A DNA stretch of 63,401 bases, filler included, from Chlamydiia bacterium (GTDB lineage Bacteria; Chlamydiota; Chlamydiia; Chlamydiales; FEN-1388), in NCBI GenBank assembly GCA_903848235.1. It is 3 parts of 3 records of this genome, joined end to end, with 100 filler letters (N's around TTAATTAATTAA, not from the genome) between each part and the next. Parts side by side here need not be neighbours in the genome. Positions count along the whole stretch, not along the records: positions 26,508 to 55,761 come from CAINFV010000181.1; 2 more parts are not named here. One strand, 5' to 3'. Positions within the stretch are counted from its first letter, which is position 1, and each line of letters starts with the position of its first letter. Shown in pieces: positions 28,551-38,940 of this stretch. The notes beneath the pieces were generated by a model that did no database searches, was not told the origin of the DNA, and was given only the letters and a program-made list of their open reading frames with translations. The translations under genes and the position numbers were made by a program.

Positions 28551-29651
28551 CTAATTTTCTTGATCGTTCGGCCGTGTCCCTTTTTCGGACATATTTTCTA
28601 GCCGTTGTCGCGCGTGCTCAATGGCTTTATGTAGTTTTTCGCGAAGCACTTCTTTTGACGGGAGGGTCGTTAAGTATTCTGCGACGTGGATGCCAGATCT
28701 CCCCAACTCAAGGAGTTCGATCTGCTCTCTTTTTTTCCCAGCACACAAAATAAGTCCTATTGGTGATTCTTCTCCCTGACAGCGCTCATGCTTGTCAAGC
28801 CACCGTAGATACAGCTCCATTTGTCCCTTGTGTTCTGGCTTAAAGTTCCCCAGCTTGAGCTCGATAGCAACGAGCCTCATTAGCTTTCTGTGAAAAAAGA
28901 GAAGGTCCAAATGAAAGTCCTCATCGTCTATTGTGATGCGCTTTTGTCGGGCAAGAAAACAAAATCCACCCCCCAATTCCAGCAGGAACTGCTCCAATTC
29001 TCGCATGATAGCGTCCTCAAGGTCTCTTTCGAGGTAACGATCATTGAGGTTGAGAAATTCCAGAACGTACGGATCACGAAACACAAGGTCAGGAGTGAAG
29101 CGATCTTCAGAACGCAACGCCTCTAATTCAGCTCGAGCAACAGCTTCGGGCTGTTTAGAGAGCGCGGTCCGCTCATAAAGCATAGAATCAATTTTATTCC
29201 GCAAGGTCCGAACACTCCACCGTTCGACTCGACACATCTCAGCATAAAAATCGCGCTTTATGGGATCCTTGAGTGCAATAAGGGCAATGAAATGTGTCCA
29301 GCTCAATTGTCGTATCAGTGATACGACAATCTGCTCATCGGAAAAGACCTCGGAAAATTGTATCATCCGTCGCAAACTCTTCTCTGCAAAACCGTTCCCA
29401 TAATCCATCGACAATTGTCGCGACACTGTGGCGACAATCTTTTGCCCATATTCTGCTCGCTCGTTTTGTAAAATTTCTTTACGGATACGATTTCCGACTT
29501 GCCAATACAACACTGTTAAACCAGCATTGATGGCGGTAGCTATGGATTGACGAGCTCCGTCGATCATTTGTCGGAGATCTCCAAGCAAATTTTCCGGAAC
29601 AACGGATAAGACGAGGTCTTTTTTGGAATTAACAAGCGATTTTTTGGTCAT
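28551..29651 (-). CDS. YhcG/DUF1016 PD-(D/E)XK nuclease domain protein
   Basis: YWQVGNRI, LSWTHF, RDPYVLEFL, DLLFFHRKL..LVAIELK, GQMELYL, PIGLILC. Confidence 0.93.
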   Translation of the reverse strand: MTKKSLVNSKKDLVLSVVPENLLGDLRQMIDGARQSIATAINAGLTVLYWQVGNRIRKEILQNERAEYGQKIVATVSRQLSMDYGNGFAEKSLRRMIQFSEVFSDEQIVVSLIRQLSWTHFIALIALKDPIKRDFYAEMCRVERWSVRTLRNKIDSMLYERTALSKQPEAVARAELEALRSEDRFTPDLVFRDPYVLEFLNLNDRYLERDLEDAIMRELEQFLLELGGGFCFLARQKRITIDDEDFHLDLLFFHRKLMRLVAIELKLGNFKPEHKGQMELYLRWLDKHERCQGEESPIGLILCAGKKREQIELLELGRSGIHVAEYLTTLPSKEVLREKLHKAIEHARQRLENMSEKGTRPNDQEN

Positions 29652-30718
29652 AAGTTCGTCCCTTTAACAATTCGTTTTGAAATCTGTGCGCTGATTTTCT
29701 TCGTCACCTGCACGTCGAGGTGGATATAGCGCTGAAGCATTTCTAGGGTTCGATGACCCATGGCTGTGGCAAGTTCGAGGTTGGAAGCGCCTTGGCTGGC
29801 GGCAAGGGTGGCAAAGGTATGTCTCATGTCATGTGCTCGACAATTGTTGATTCCGGCCCGTTTTAGAGCCTCTTTCCAGGCTTTCTTAATATCGATTCGA
29901 CCAAACGCTGTTTTGCTAGCAAAGACCAGAGGTTTTGCCTGATTTCGAGAGGTGAAAAGCCTTTTCAATTCATCAACGACAGGATCAGATAGAGAGATGC
30001 TTCGTGGTCTGCCATTCTTGGTTTCTCTCAGGAACGCCAGCTTATTGTCAAAATCGATGTCTCGCCATTCAAGGTTGAGTATTTCACCCTGGCGAGCCCC
30101 CGTAGTCAGCGATATGAGAACAATGCAATAGAGATAAAGAGAACGGCTTTGATGGCATGCTAAGAGTAAGTGAGAGATCTCGTCATCAGATAGAACACGA
30201 TCGCGACCAGGATTTTCCTTGAGCCTCATCAGGTTCGCGCAAGGGCTGTCCTTTATCCATCGAAGCTGTTGTACTGCATAGCTGAAAAGGGCAGAGCGAG
30301 TGGCAAGGTAGCGATTTACGGTTGCAGCAGCACGCTGAACCCCTTTTGGAGTGGGAGTATTCAGCAAAAACTGCCGTTCTTTCCCAACAAGTTCTGCCGT
30401 GATATGAACAAGGGCAAAAGCCCCTAGGCGTGTCTTCCAGTAGGTAATGTGACGACGAGTATCGTTAGCCGAACGATGGTGCTCAAGAGAACCGTCACGA
30501 AGAAAACGATCGGCTAGATTAGAAAAGGTGTTATTAACGCTCTGTCTATCAAACTGATACTGACCCAGTCTGATTTGTCGTTCGATATCAGCCGCCCAGT
30601 CATCAGCTTCTTGCTTTCGCTCAAAGTGGTTACATACAGAAGGATGACCTTTGATCCTCACAACTGCACGCCAACAGGTTGTACAGTCTTCGTTTTTACG
30701 CTTATATACTGATGCCAT
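29648..30718 (-). CDS. Tyrosine recombinase/site-specific integrase
   Basis: TGARQGEIL, TKNG, HDMRHTFAT, MGHRT..ML.RY catalytic residues; next to a tRNA 3' end. Confidence 0.93.
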   Translation of the reverse strand: MASVYKRKNEDCTTCWRAVVRIKGHPSVCNHFERKQEADDWAADIERQIRLGQYQFDRQSVNNTFSNLADRFLRDGSLEHHRSANDTRRHITYWKTRLGAFALVHITAELVGKERQFLLNTPTPKGVQRAAATVNRYLATRSALFSYAVQQLRWIKDSPCANLMRLKENPGRDRVLSDDEISHLLLACHQSRSLYLYCIVLISLTTGARQGEILNLEWRDIDFDNKLAFLRETKNGRPRSISLSDPVVDELKRLFTSRNQAKPLVFASKTAFGRIDIKKAWKEALKRAGINNCRAHDMRHTFATLAASQGASNLELATAMGHRTLEMLQRYIHLDVQVTKKISAQISKRIVKGTNL

Positions 30719-30869
30719 TGCTCAAACCTCTAGTTTTTGGTTCGAGCGGTTGGTTGGCGTTGGTAAGATTGTTCTTCGTTGCACCGCCATTGCACCGCGA
30801 GGTTAATTTCTAGCTTGAGGATGGATATACCATCAAGCTAAATCATGCCCACAGCTATGTATGAAGAAG

Positions 30870-30942
30870 TGGGGCAAGTAGGGATTGAACCTACGACCGA
30901 CGGATTATGAGTCCGCAGCTCTAACCGCTGAGCTATTGCCCC
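30870..30942 (-). tRNA. tRNA with CAT anticodon, most likely tRNA-Ile2 (lysidine)
   Basis: GGGGCAATAGCTCAGCGGTTAGAGCTGCGGACTCATAATCCGTCGGTCGTAGGTTCAATCCCTACTTGCCCCA cloverleaf; lacks initiator features; CCA not encoded. Confidence 0.9.
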
Positions 30943-31268
30943 ATGATGAAAATCACAATCTGGACATCTCTCGTACCATGGATACACCCTTTTCCTCAAC
31001 CTTCAAAGATAGGGAACCTCTCTTTTATATAAAAAAACCAGACCCGCTCCCTCGACATGTATCCGTTGATCTCGCTATCCCTTGATTTATTTTATACCAT
31101 GTCAATAAGATGGCCGCGCCCTGGTAAACACTCATCAAGATTCTACTGAGATAGTGATCTCAAGGCTCTTGAGAATAGAGAAAAGCATGAACGTTGGCTT
31201 CTCTCTTTTGCCTCCAGAGGCTTTCGGGGTTGGTTTGTTAAACGTGTACTAACCAAGAGGAATACAAT

Positions 31269-31649
31269 ATGAGCACTGTCCCACCAAGCACACCATCATT
31301 CTTTAGTTCAGCCCTAGCAAATATCGAAGCACCATTCACCGCAGTTCGCGATTTTGCGACACCTGCTGTGAACTTCATCGCTACAAGAGTCCAAAATATT
31401 TGGGACTTCATCCAACCGTATTTAGCCTCAGCCGCGAAATTCCTGACATCAAGACTCGGGGTTTCTCTCGAGCTGCTCGGCCTTTCTATTATTCCTCTGA
31501 AGCTGGCTGGAACCGTGGAGAATAAGATTCTCTCCGTAGCACTCCTCGCAGCGGGCATCCTCATCGCAGGGGCAGGCGGACTTTTCCTCGCTTCCTCAGG
31601 AGCCCTCCCCTCCTTCATCACAGATGTAACACGAATTGCCGCTGTCTAA
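31269..31649 (+). CDS. Small Inc-like membrane protein
   Basis: GAGGA RBS, S/T/P-rich N-terminus, bilobed hydrophobic C-terminal region. Confidence 0.65.
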   Translation: MSTVPPSTPSFFSSALANIEAPFTAVRDFATPAVNFIATRVQNIWDFIQPYLASAAKFLTSRLGVSLELLGLSIIPLKLAGTVENKILSVALLAAGILIAGAGGLFLASSGALPSFITDVTRIAAV

Positions 31650-31750
31650 AGCACACAACACCCTCTCTTATGTCCATTGCAAGAATAACGCAATGGACAT
31701 GGGAGCGGGCATTCCTTAGACTCTCAAGGCTTTTGCAAAAGCCTCTCTCT

Positions 31751-33928
31751 TTAGCTTTTTATCAGACGTGGGGCGGCGCCAGGCGTCCAGTCCACAGAAT
31801 ATCTCCAACTCGGGGCCATGTACGGCTCTTCAATAGCTTCTATGCCACCAGTGGGCGTCTGACGCAAGGTAACCCGCGTTCCATCACGGACAGTGAGGGC
31901 AAAAAACCCGCGAATAGTGATATTACATGCCACAAGCTCTGACGCCCCCATCAGACGGATCGTGCAGGAAGAGTCACGAGCAACAGTTCTCGTCACATGG
32001 TCTGAGAGTGAAGACGAGAGTATCCCTTCGTTTTCGATGGAGACATTCTCCAATAATACCCTTCCAACATCAGGCCTAAAATGACGCCTGCCCTCCCTGT
32101 CGTTCCTTCCAACGACCTCCTCACACAGTATTCTGAATGTCCCTCGCACTGAAAGGTTTCGTGCAAAAAGTTCAGCTATTTCAAGTTCCAATTCTGCCCC
32201 TGCAAAGAGCCGGCCTCCAGAAAGCTTCTGGCCAATAACCTCCCAGAATGGACCTAATGCTGGATGAAAGAAAAAGGTAGCGTTCGGGCCTTGCTCTAAA
32301 AACTGCTCGAGCGACTGCGTAGAAGGAAGCTCAAACAAACAATTCTCGGAAAGCAGCTTCCTACATGCAACATACCAATCATACAGACAGGACTCCGGAG
32401 TCTCATAGGGAGACTGCCCAGGCGTGAGCAGTCTCTTCGTCACAGACATCACCTTCCCACGCTCATACAATGCCAAGAAGGTCGGCAGCTCTTTTGATAG
32501 CCCTGCCATCGCCAACGGCATCGACACAGGAACCTCCATCGCATCGGCGATGTTTTGCATCATAGACTCCAGGCGAGCGACAGGGCGCCGCACGCTCTGG
32601 CCCCCCTCAAGAATGTCAGCTTCACATTTTGCATTCACCACCATTCCTGGGATGGGAAGCTTCTTCAATGCTTTTGTCACTTCCTTCAGATTGGCGAAAA
32701 GGATATTCGTATTCGCAGGACAGGACCCTTCCATAAGATGAGGATTGACCTTCTGCAAAGCCCCGAATTTGGTGTATTCAATATTCGATATCCCAGCGCT
32801 CTTTGCTCGGCTCACAATAAGGACATTCAGCCCTTCAGCGAAGCCAGGATGGGAAGGGCAGGAGGTAAAACCAAATGCCTTCTTCTCATGGATCCCCATG
32901 CCAAGAAAAGAAAAAAGAGTGTGATCAAGACCTGCCAGAGGGTTATTGATTTGTCGAACAACAGCTGATGAGATGTTGCGATTGGCCAGCCATTCAAAAG
33001 CTCCTGCATCGTGAGCCAGCTTCCAGATGACACCATGGCCTCCAGGCTTCGCCATCAAGGTCAGAGGCTGTGTGCATACCCACTGGCCATCTGCTGCGAC
33101 GACAGGGACTAAAGATTGCACAACATGGAATATCTGGTCTGAGGGCTTGCCAAACCAGGCATGTTCGCGGCAGAGCATCTCAATCTGCACGTCATTGTTC
33201 TTCTCCTTCGAGGTCATCAGCAAGATAGGAACAGAAATCTGCTTTCCAAAAGCTCTGTAATGCCAGTATTCCAACGCTTCTAGATCGCGGAAAAGCCATT
33301 CCAAAAGGGTTCTTCCGCCAAACACAAGCCTGGCAACAGGAAGCGGTTCTTTGGTATCAGGGTCGATCAGTCGAAGTCGCTCGCCAGCACCACCAACAGT
33401 AAAGATCTGGGCAGACTCCCCTAAACGAGCTGTCCCTTCATAACAATATCGCCACACCTCTTGCGTCTTCTCGCGCATGTCACACAATGGGGGAGGGAAG
33501 AGGTCTGGGAATGATTCTTCCTTTCCTGAAGAGAGGAGATGCAACACCTGAACATAGTATCCTAAAAGCCCTCCTATAGGACTATAAAAGCGTTCTGTAG
33601 TAACCAACAAATCCAGAAGCTCTCTGATAGCATCGAGCCTATTATCAACCTTTTCTACCCCATTGAAAAGACGATCAAATTGCCCGAAGAGAACGACTAA
33701 AGAGAGGACAAAAGCCTCTTCTAACCCACTTTGAGACAGGATATACACCACATCTGGATACCTCCCAAAAGCCTCCTGCACTCGTGAGTCTTTCTGCATC
33801 CACTCTAACTTTTCATCCATGCTCTGAAAACGCGATAGTGAGGAGCGAAGAGCTTCTACGTTCTTCACTGTATTGAACAGACGTGACCTCGTCACCTGCT
33901 CTACAACATTAAATGGATGCGCCGTCAT
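31751..33928 (-). CDS. UTP--glucose-1-phosphate uridylyltransferase-like protein (plant UGP3-like, chlamydial type)
   Basis: GGAGERL, KPGGHGVIWKL, RQINNPLAG, NIEY, PANTNILFA, RLESMMQNIAD; start moved to ATG 33928. Confidence 0.85.
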   Translation of the reverse strand: MTAHPFNVVEQVTRSRLFNTVKNVEALRSSLSRFQSMDEKLEWMQKDSRVQEAFGRYPDVVYILSQSGLEEAFVLSLVVLFGQFDRLFNGVEKVDNRLDAIRELLDLLVTTERFYSPIGGLLGYYVQVLHLLSSGKEESFPDLFPPPLCDMREKTQEVWRYCYEGTARLGESAQIFTVGGAGERLRLIDPDTKEPLPVARLVFGGRTLLEWLFRDLEALEYWHYRAFGKQISVPILLMTSKEKNNDVQIEMLCREHAWFGKPSDQIFHVVQSLVPVVAADGQWVCTQPLTLMAKPGGHGVIWKLAHDAGAFEWLANRNISSAVVRQINNPLAGLDHTLFSFLGMGIHEKKAFGFTSCPSHPGFAEGLNVLIVSRAKSAGISNIEYTKFGALQKVNPHLMEGSCPANTNILFANLKEVTKALKKLPIPGMVVNAKCEADILEGGQSVRRPVARLESMMQNIADAMEVPVSMPLAMAGLSKELPTFLALYERGKVMSVTKRLLTPGQSPYETPESCLYDWYVACRKLLSENCLFELPSTQSLEQFLEQGPNATFFFHPALGPFWEVIGQKLSGGRLFAGAELELEIAELFARNLSVRGTFRILCEEVVGRNDREGRRHFRPDVGRVLLENVSIENEGILSSSLSDHVTRTVARDSSCTIRLMGASELVACNITIRGFFALTVRDGTRVTLRQTPTGGIEAIEEPYMAPSWRYSVDWTPGAAPRLIKS

Positions 33929-34251
33929 CTTTTCTTCATCACCTCTGCTCTTTTTAGCCCAACCCGTCTTCAATCCACACAAACATCCCCCGTCTTGTAC
34001 ACCTCTATTTTCTATGTTTCCCAGAGGAAAATAGACGGGTATCCTTGGAGGGTGTACATTTCTTCGTGTCTTAAAAAGGGGCAAAATCTGCATACTCCCC
34101 TAGAGGATACACAGGTTACCGGCCAGACGGAAGAGCAGAATCTTTCTGTTTGGACAAGAACATGAAAATCTGTGTTGAAGATATTTCATGTGACGGTTAT
34201 CAAAAACAGTACGTATTTGAGTGTTACCCCAACATCGCAAGGAGAACGAAA

Positions 34252-34512
34252 ATGAAAAAGCAATCCGCTTTGATGAGACCTGTTCAAGTAAGTGATGCCC
34301 TGGCAGAGATCGTCGGCAAAGGGCCAATGCCACGCACCGAAGTAACGAAAAAACTTTGGGACTATATCAAAAAGAATAAGCTCCAAGATGCCAAAGCAAA
34401 ACGTCAAATCAACCCAGATCAAAAATTGGGTCGAGTCATTGGCACGCAACAAATCGACATGTTCCAAATGACGAAAAAAGTTTCGTCACATCTGAAAGAA
34501 GCCGGCAAATAA
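34252..34512 (+). CDS. SWIB/MDM2 domain protein
   Basis: LAEIVGKGPMPRTEVTKKLWDYIKKNKLQD..KRQINPD..IDMFQMTK; AGGAG RBS. Confidence 0.93.
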   Translation: MKKQSALMRPVQVSDALAEIVGKGPMPRTEVTKKLWDYIKKNKLQDAKAKRQINPDQKLGRVIGTQQIDMFQMTKKVSSHLKEAGK

Positions 34513-34532
34513 CCTCTAGTTTGCTCTTCATA

Positions 34533-34563
34533 AAAAGCCCCCCTTTTCTAAGTGGGGCTTTTT
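34533..34563 (+). terminator. Intrinsic terminator after SWIB gene
   Basis: AAAAGCCCC...GGGGCTTTT stem with T-tract. Confidence 0.65.
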
Positions 34564-34622
34564 CACATTGAGATTTTTCTCTTTTCTCTTCCATGATCAG
34601 ACTCTAACTTAAAGTAGGCAGC

Positions 34623-35696
34623 GTGAGCATAGCAACACCTCGAAAATCATGGTTTGAATGGCTTTTTGATGCTCTCTGTATAGCGTCTATCGTCGGTATC
34701 TACCCTAGGTTCATCGAACCTCGGCTTATCGTCACTTCCCGCCGTCGCCTGTTTTTGCCTACTCTCCCCCCCTCTCTTAACGGGATGAAAGTACTACTGC
34801 TATCAGACCTCCATATCAACCACTATTCTTCTCCCGGAACTCTCCTTCGCCTGCAAAAGACAGTGGCACGCCTCTCGCCAGACATCATCCTCTTCGCAGG
34901 AGACCTCCTCACCTATTCCCAGCTTCCACGAGCAGACCTCGCCTCAACGCTTTTCAACAATCTCAAAGCCCCCTTCGGCATTTTTGCCTGTCTTGGCAAC
35001 CATGACTACAAGGAATACTCCACACTCGACTCTTCGGGGGAGGCCGTCAGCGGCTATCCCAATGGCCACCCCCTTCTCCAAGGGATAAAACGTCTCTTTG
35101 GCGCCCCTCGTTCCTCCCGGCAACACCCTCTCACCGAGCCACTCCCTCTCAACCGCGAACTCCTTCGTTTCTACTCCGACCATAACGTCACTGTCCTAGA
35201 CAACGAAACGGTACACATAGGACACGGCAGCCAACGTATTAACCTCACTGGACTCGGAGATATCACGGCAGGACACCTCTCTCCAGCAACTGCCTTCAAG
35301 GGCTATGACCTCCGCCTACCAGGAATCGTCTTCGCCCACAGCCCCGACGCCTACGCTCAACTATCCTACTTCCCCGGAGACCTCTTTCTCTTCGGCCACA
35401 CCCACGGAGGGCAGGTAAACATCCCCTTTTTCTGGGAACGCATCACCCCACTCCTCGACAAATCCCTAAAAAGCGGCCTCTACCACCGCGAAGGGCGTAC
35501 CATCTTTGTCACACGCGGCATTGGCGCTACCTTTCCATTTCGTCTCTTCGCCCCCCCTCAGATCGTTCTCTTAGAACTGTTCCGCGGCGGCGTCCTCCGC
35601 TCCAATGCTCTCTCCTCCTCTCTCTTCGAAATAGCGCCCGCAACCCCCTCTTTTGCCACTCACCGCATCACCCCCAACGAAGAGCCTCTCCCATGA
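34623..35696 (+). CDS. lpxG: UDP-2,3-diacylglucosamine diphosphatase (calcineurin-like metallophosphoesterase)
   Basis: SDLH, GD, GNHD, HSPD, GHTHGGQ; N-terminal TM; chlamydial position after SWIB. Confidence 0.8.
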   Translation: MSIATPRKSWFEWLFDALCIASIVGIYPRFIEPRLIVTSRRRLFLPTLPPSLNGMKVLLLSDLHINHYSSPGTLLRLQKTVARLSPDIILFAGDLLTYSQLPRADLASTLFNNLKAPFGIFACLGNHDYKEYSTLDSSGEAVSGYPNGHPLLQGIKRLFGAPRSSRQHPLTEPLPLNRELLRFYSDHNVTVLDNETVHIGHGSQRINLTGLGDITAGHLSPATAFKGYDLRLPGIVFAHSPDAYAQLSYFPGDLFLFGHTHGGQVNIPFFWERITPLLDKSLKSGLYHREGRTIFVTRGIGATFPFRLFAPPQIVLLELFRGGVLRSNALSSSLFEIAPATPSFATHRITPNEEPLP

Positions 35697-36538
35697 AATC
35701 CTTCCTCACAGAAGAAGAACATATCCCTTTGATCAACGAGGGTGCTGAGGGTAACGGTCTGCGCCCTATCACCACAACGTACCGAATGGTCATAGCGTAT
35801 GATGGAACGGAGTTTTCCGGGTGGCAGGTGCAGGTGAGCGATGTGTCTATCCAGGGGCTTATCGAAGAGGGGCTGAAAACTATCACTCATGAAGAGGCGC
35901 GGGTGATAGGTGCTGGGAGAACGGATGCTGGTGTTCATGCCTTAGGGCAGACAGCCCATGTCCGGCTAGAGAAGGATGTTGATTGTGAAGCGTTAAAGAG
36001 GTCGTTGAACGGGCTGCTGCCTCCTGCCATTCGCATTCTCGAAGTCTGTCGAGCTCCTGAGATATTCCACGCTCAGAGATCTGCTATTGGCAAAGAATAC
36101 CACTATCACATCTGTTTAAAAGATATCGTCCTTCCTTTTGATAGACCGTATATATGGCACTGTCGCCGGCATGTCGATTGCGATCTGCTTGAAAGGGCCG
36201 CACAGTGTTTTGTCGGAGAACATGACTTCTTGGCGTTTGCCAATACCCCAGGACGTGGATGTGCGAAAAAGACCTCTGTGCGAATTATTCGGAGGCTTGA
36301 CGTCATACGAACAGAGAATGGCGTACGCCTTGAATTTGAGGGAAATGGCTTTCTCTACAAGATGGTCCGCAATATCACCGGCATGTTGATCAGTGTTGCC
36401 AGTTCAAAACGATCTATCGATGATATTGAAGCGGTGTTCAGGTCAAAAAATAGAAAGCTCGCGGAACCCGCCGCTCCTGCGCAAGGGCTCTTCATGATAC
36501 GCGTCTTTTACCCAGATTGGGTTTTTAAGAAAAATTAA
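35693..36538 (+). CDS. truA: tRNA pseudouridine(38-40) synthase
   Basis: YDGTEFSGWQ, GRTDAGVHALGQ, GFLYKMVR, APAQGL. Confidence 0.96.
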   Translation: MKSFLTEEEHIPLINEGAEGNGLRPITTTYRMVIAYDGTEFSGWQVQVSDVSIQGLIEEGLKTITHEEARVIGAGRTDAGVHALGQTAHVRLEKDVDCEALKRSLNGLLPPAIRILEVCRAPEIFHAQRSAIGKEYHYHICLKDIVLPFDRPYIWHCRRHVDCDLLERAAQCFVGEHDFLAFANTPGRGCAKKTSVRIIRRLDVIRTENGVRLEFEGNGFLYKMVRNITGMLISVASSKRSIDDIEAVFRSKNRKLAEPAAPAQGLFMIRVFYPDWVFKKN

Positions 36539-36606
36539 TCTTCTTCATTAAGAAAAACAATATTTATTACTAATATTTCATAATTAATAATTTTTAGGAA
36601 TTGTAC

Positions 36607-38931
36607 ATGAGTTTTTCACACATCCCAAAAAAAGGCTCTTTGACACCCGCTGCATTAGCTAACAGTCTCGATACCGAATCCCCCCCAATCATTGGAGCAT
36701 GTTTTGATGCGCTGCCTCTCATTCTCTCATATGTCGGGACAACCGAAGTAGGGTCTGTCTGCCGCGCTTTCAAGACCGCTCTCTCGTATACCCGGCACGA
36801 ACAAGCGGTGAATCTTTTCGACCTAGAATCTTCAACCCATCTTCTTTCAGCCCTGGAAATTTCATACCCGATACAGACAACTTCTTCCACTGCCAATCGA
36901 TATTTACACACACTGACGAGGAAGCTCGACGAGCTACGAAGAAAGATTCCAGGACTTTCTCCTTCGTTTCCAGCAAGCGCTTCTCTTATTCTAGAGCAGA
37001 GGCTATTAGAGCCTTTTCTTCGACAGGCTCTTCAGGCAGCTCTTACTCGTATATGTACAGAAAGTAATCTGCAGAAACTTCTGACCAACTTTGGGCTTCC
37101 CTGTTCAAAGACCATCGATTGTGCAGATAGCACAACCTTTTTCCCCTCATTACGCTCTCTTATCAACCGTTTCCGAGCAACTCTCCCTGAAGATGAACGA
37201 CAGCTCTATCCTGAAACTGCTGCTATGCTCTTCGACGAAAGGGCCTTATGGATATTTTTTCAACACGCGTATCAACATAATTTTGTGAACTGTTTTGCAC
37301 GTGTCGTTGACTATCCAGAAGGTGCAAATTTAGATGAAAAGATAGACATAGCGCAAAGATGGCTCCATAGTGAAGAAGCACAAAGTTGTGAGGAGCTGGA
37401 CTGCTCGGGACAAGGCCTCACCTGCCTTCCATGGCAAGTCTCCCAGCTCTCTCACCTGAAAAAACTGAATGCACATGACAATCAACTCACCACCCTGCCT
37501 ACAGAGCTCTCAGAACTCCACGAGCTTAGAATAGCCGTTCTTCATGGGAATGCTTTTGACAAAATCCCCGATGTTCTTTGCGAAATATCGACACTCGAGC
37601 AGCTTTTTCTCTCTGAGAATAAAATCAATAGTTGCAGTGAGAATATTCAACGCCTTACCCATCTTGCGTCTATAGACCTTTCCTCAAACAACCTCTCATC
37701 GCTTCCAGAGGCATTCTTCAACCTCTTTAGTCTCCAAGAACTTGATCTTTCAGGAAATCCACTATCAAAGCTATCGCCGAATATAGTGAACCTTCGACAG
37801 CTGAAGGTGCTCAAAGCCCTCAATAATCACCTCACCTACCTTCCTTACAGTATCGGAGATATGCCGCATCTGGAATACTTAAACGTCAACTACAACAATC
37901 TTCAATCCCTACCTGCTTCTTTGGGAAACGCGACCAATCTCCGCGTCCTTTGTGCTGTAAAAAACAATCTTGCCACTCTTCCCGAAAGCCTCTGCCAATG
38001 TCTGCAGCTGTCGGTACTGGATGTCAGCGAGAATGCCCTTGAAACGTTGCCTGAAGAGATAGGGAGGCTAGAACGGCTCTCCGTACTGTGCATCACCGAA
38101 AACAAACTGACAGAGCTCCCTCTGTCTCTGTGCCGGCTCTCCAATCTTCAACATCTGTATGCATCTGGTAATCACATCGAAGCTTTGCCAGAAGACATCG
38201 AGTTCCTCAGCTCTCTGCGCACTCTTAATATTGCCGACAATCAGATCACCGTTTTTCCACCAAGCCTTTTCTACCTACCACAGCTGCGTTCTCTGAATCT
38301 CAGCTATAATCTCGTAGACCATCTGCCTGATGAAATCCCCCACGGCTCCCATCTCATCGAGGTAAACCTCTTCCATAACCTCCTACAAGATGTCCCCGAA
38401 GCTCTTTACCGGCTATCACATCTTGATACTCTCAAGCTCGGCGACAACCAGCTATCTGCGCTGCCAGATCGTTTCTCTGATTGCAGAAGCCTCCGCTATC
38501 TCGACCTCAGCGCCAATCTATTCGAGACTATTCCCAGCGCACTGTGTGCACTTAGAAATCTAAAATTTCTCAATATATCGGAGAACTCCTTCTCTGAGCT
38601 GCCAGATCTAAGCCTCGCCACTCGATTGAAAACCCTCTATATAGAAAACAATATCATCCAAGAGTTCCCTGAATGGCTTACCGCTCTTCCCAACCTAGAG
38701 AATATATTCGCATCTCAAAACAGGATAGAAACAGTTCCTCAGTCCATTGGAGGCATGCGAAATCTTCGGAAACTTTTTTTAGATCAAAATCCTCTCCGCA
38801 ATCTACCACAGGAACTTCGTCAAGTGGCGACATTAGAAATCCTGGACATAAGCAGGACCCGTCTTGCAAGACATCTTTCGTGGTGGCTAGAAGATCTTCG
38901 AAGGCATGGAAAGGTTGTGTCAGCAATCTAG
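36607..38931 (+). CDS. Leucine-rich repeat protein with F-box-like N-terminus
   Basis: About 20 LxxLxLxxNxLxxLP 23-aa repeats; LPLILSYV...SVCRAF near N-terminus. Confidence 0.88.
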   Translation: MSFSHIPKKGSLTPAALANSLDTESPPIIGACFDALPLILSYVGTTEVGSVCRAFKTALSYTRHEQAVNLFDLESSTHLLSALEISYPIQTTSSTANRYLHTLTRKLDELRRKIPGLSPSFPASASLILEQRLLEPFLRQALQAALTRICTESNLQKLLTNFGLPCSKTIDCADSTTFFPSLRSLINRFRATLPEDERQLYPETAAMLFDERALWIFFQHAYQHNFVNCFARVVDYPEGANLDEKIDIAQRWLHSEEAQSCEELDCSGQGLTCLPWQVSQLSHLKKLNAHDNQLTTLPTELSELHELRIAVLHGNAFDKIPDVLCEISTLEQLFLSENKINSCSENIQRLTHLASIDLSSNNLSSLPEAFFNLFSLQELDLSGNPLSKLSPNIVNLRQLKVLKALNNHLTYLPYSIGDMPHLEYLNVNYNNLQSLPASLGNATNLRVLCAVKNNLATLPESLCQCLQLSVLDVSENALETLPEEIGRLERLSVLCITENKLTELPLSLCRLSNLQHLYASGNHIEALPEDIEFLSSLRTLNIADNQITVFPPSLFYLPQLRSLNLSYNLVDHLPDEIPHGSHLIEVNLFHNLLQDVPEALYRLSHLDTLKLGDNQLSALPDRFSDCRSLRYLDLSANLFETIPSALCALRNLKFLNISENSFSELPDLSLATRLKTLYIENNIIQEFPEWLTALPNLENIFASQNRIETVPQSIGGMRNLRKLFLDQNPLRNLPQELRQVATLEILDISRTRLARHLSWWLEDLRRHGKVVSAI

Positions 38932-38940
38932 TCTGAGAGC

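Noticed and set aside
28551..30718. YhcG + integrase as a new defence system
   Set aside because: Common pairing on integrative elements; no additional partner genes visible.
30885..31085. 66-aa ORF MNLRPTDYESAAL
   Set aside because: Antisense reading of the tRNA.
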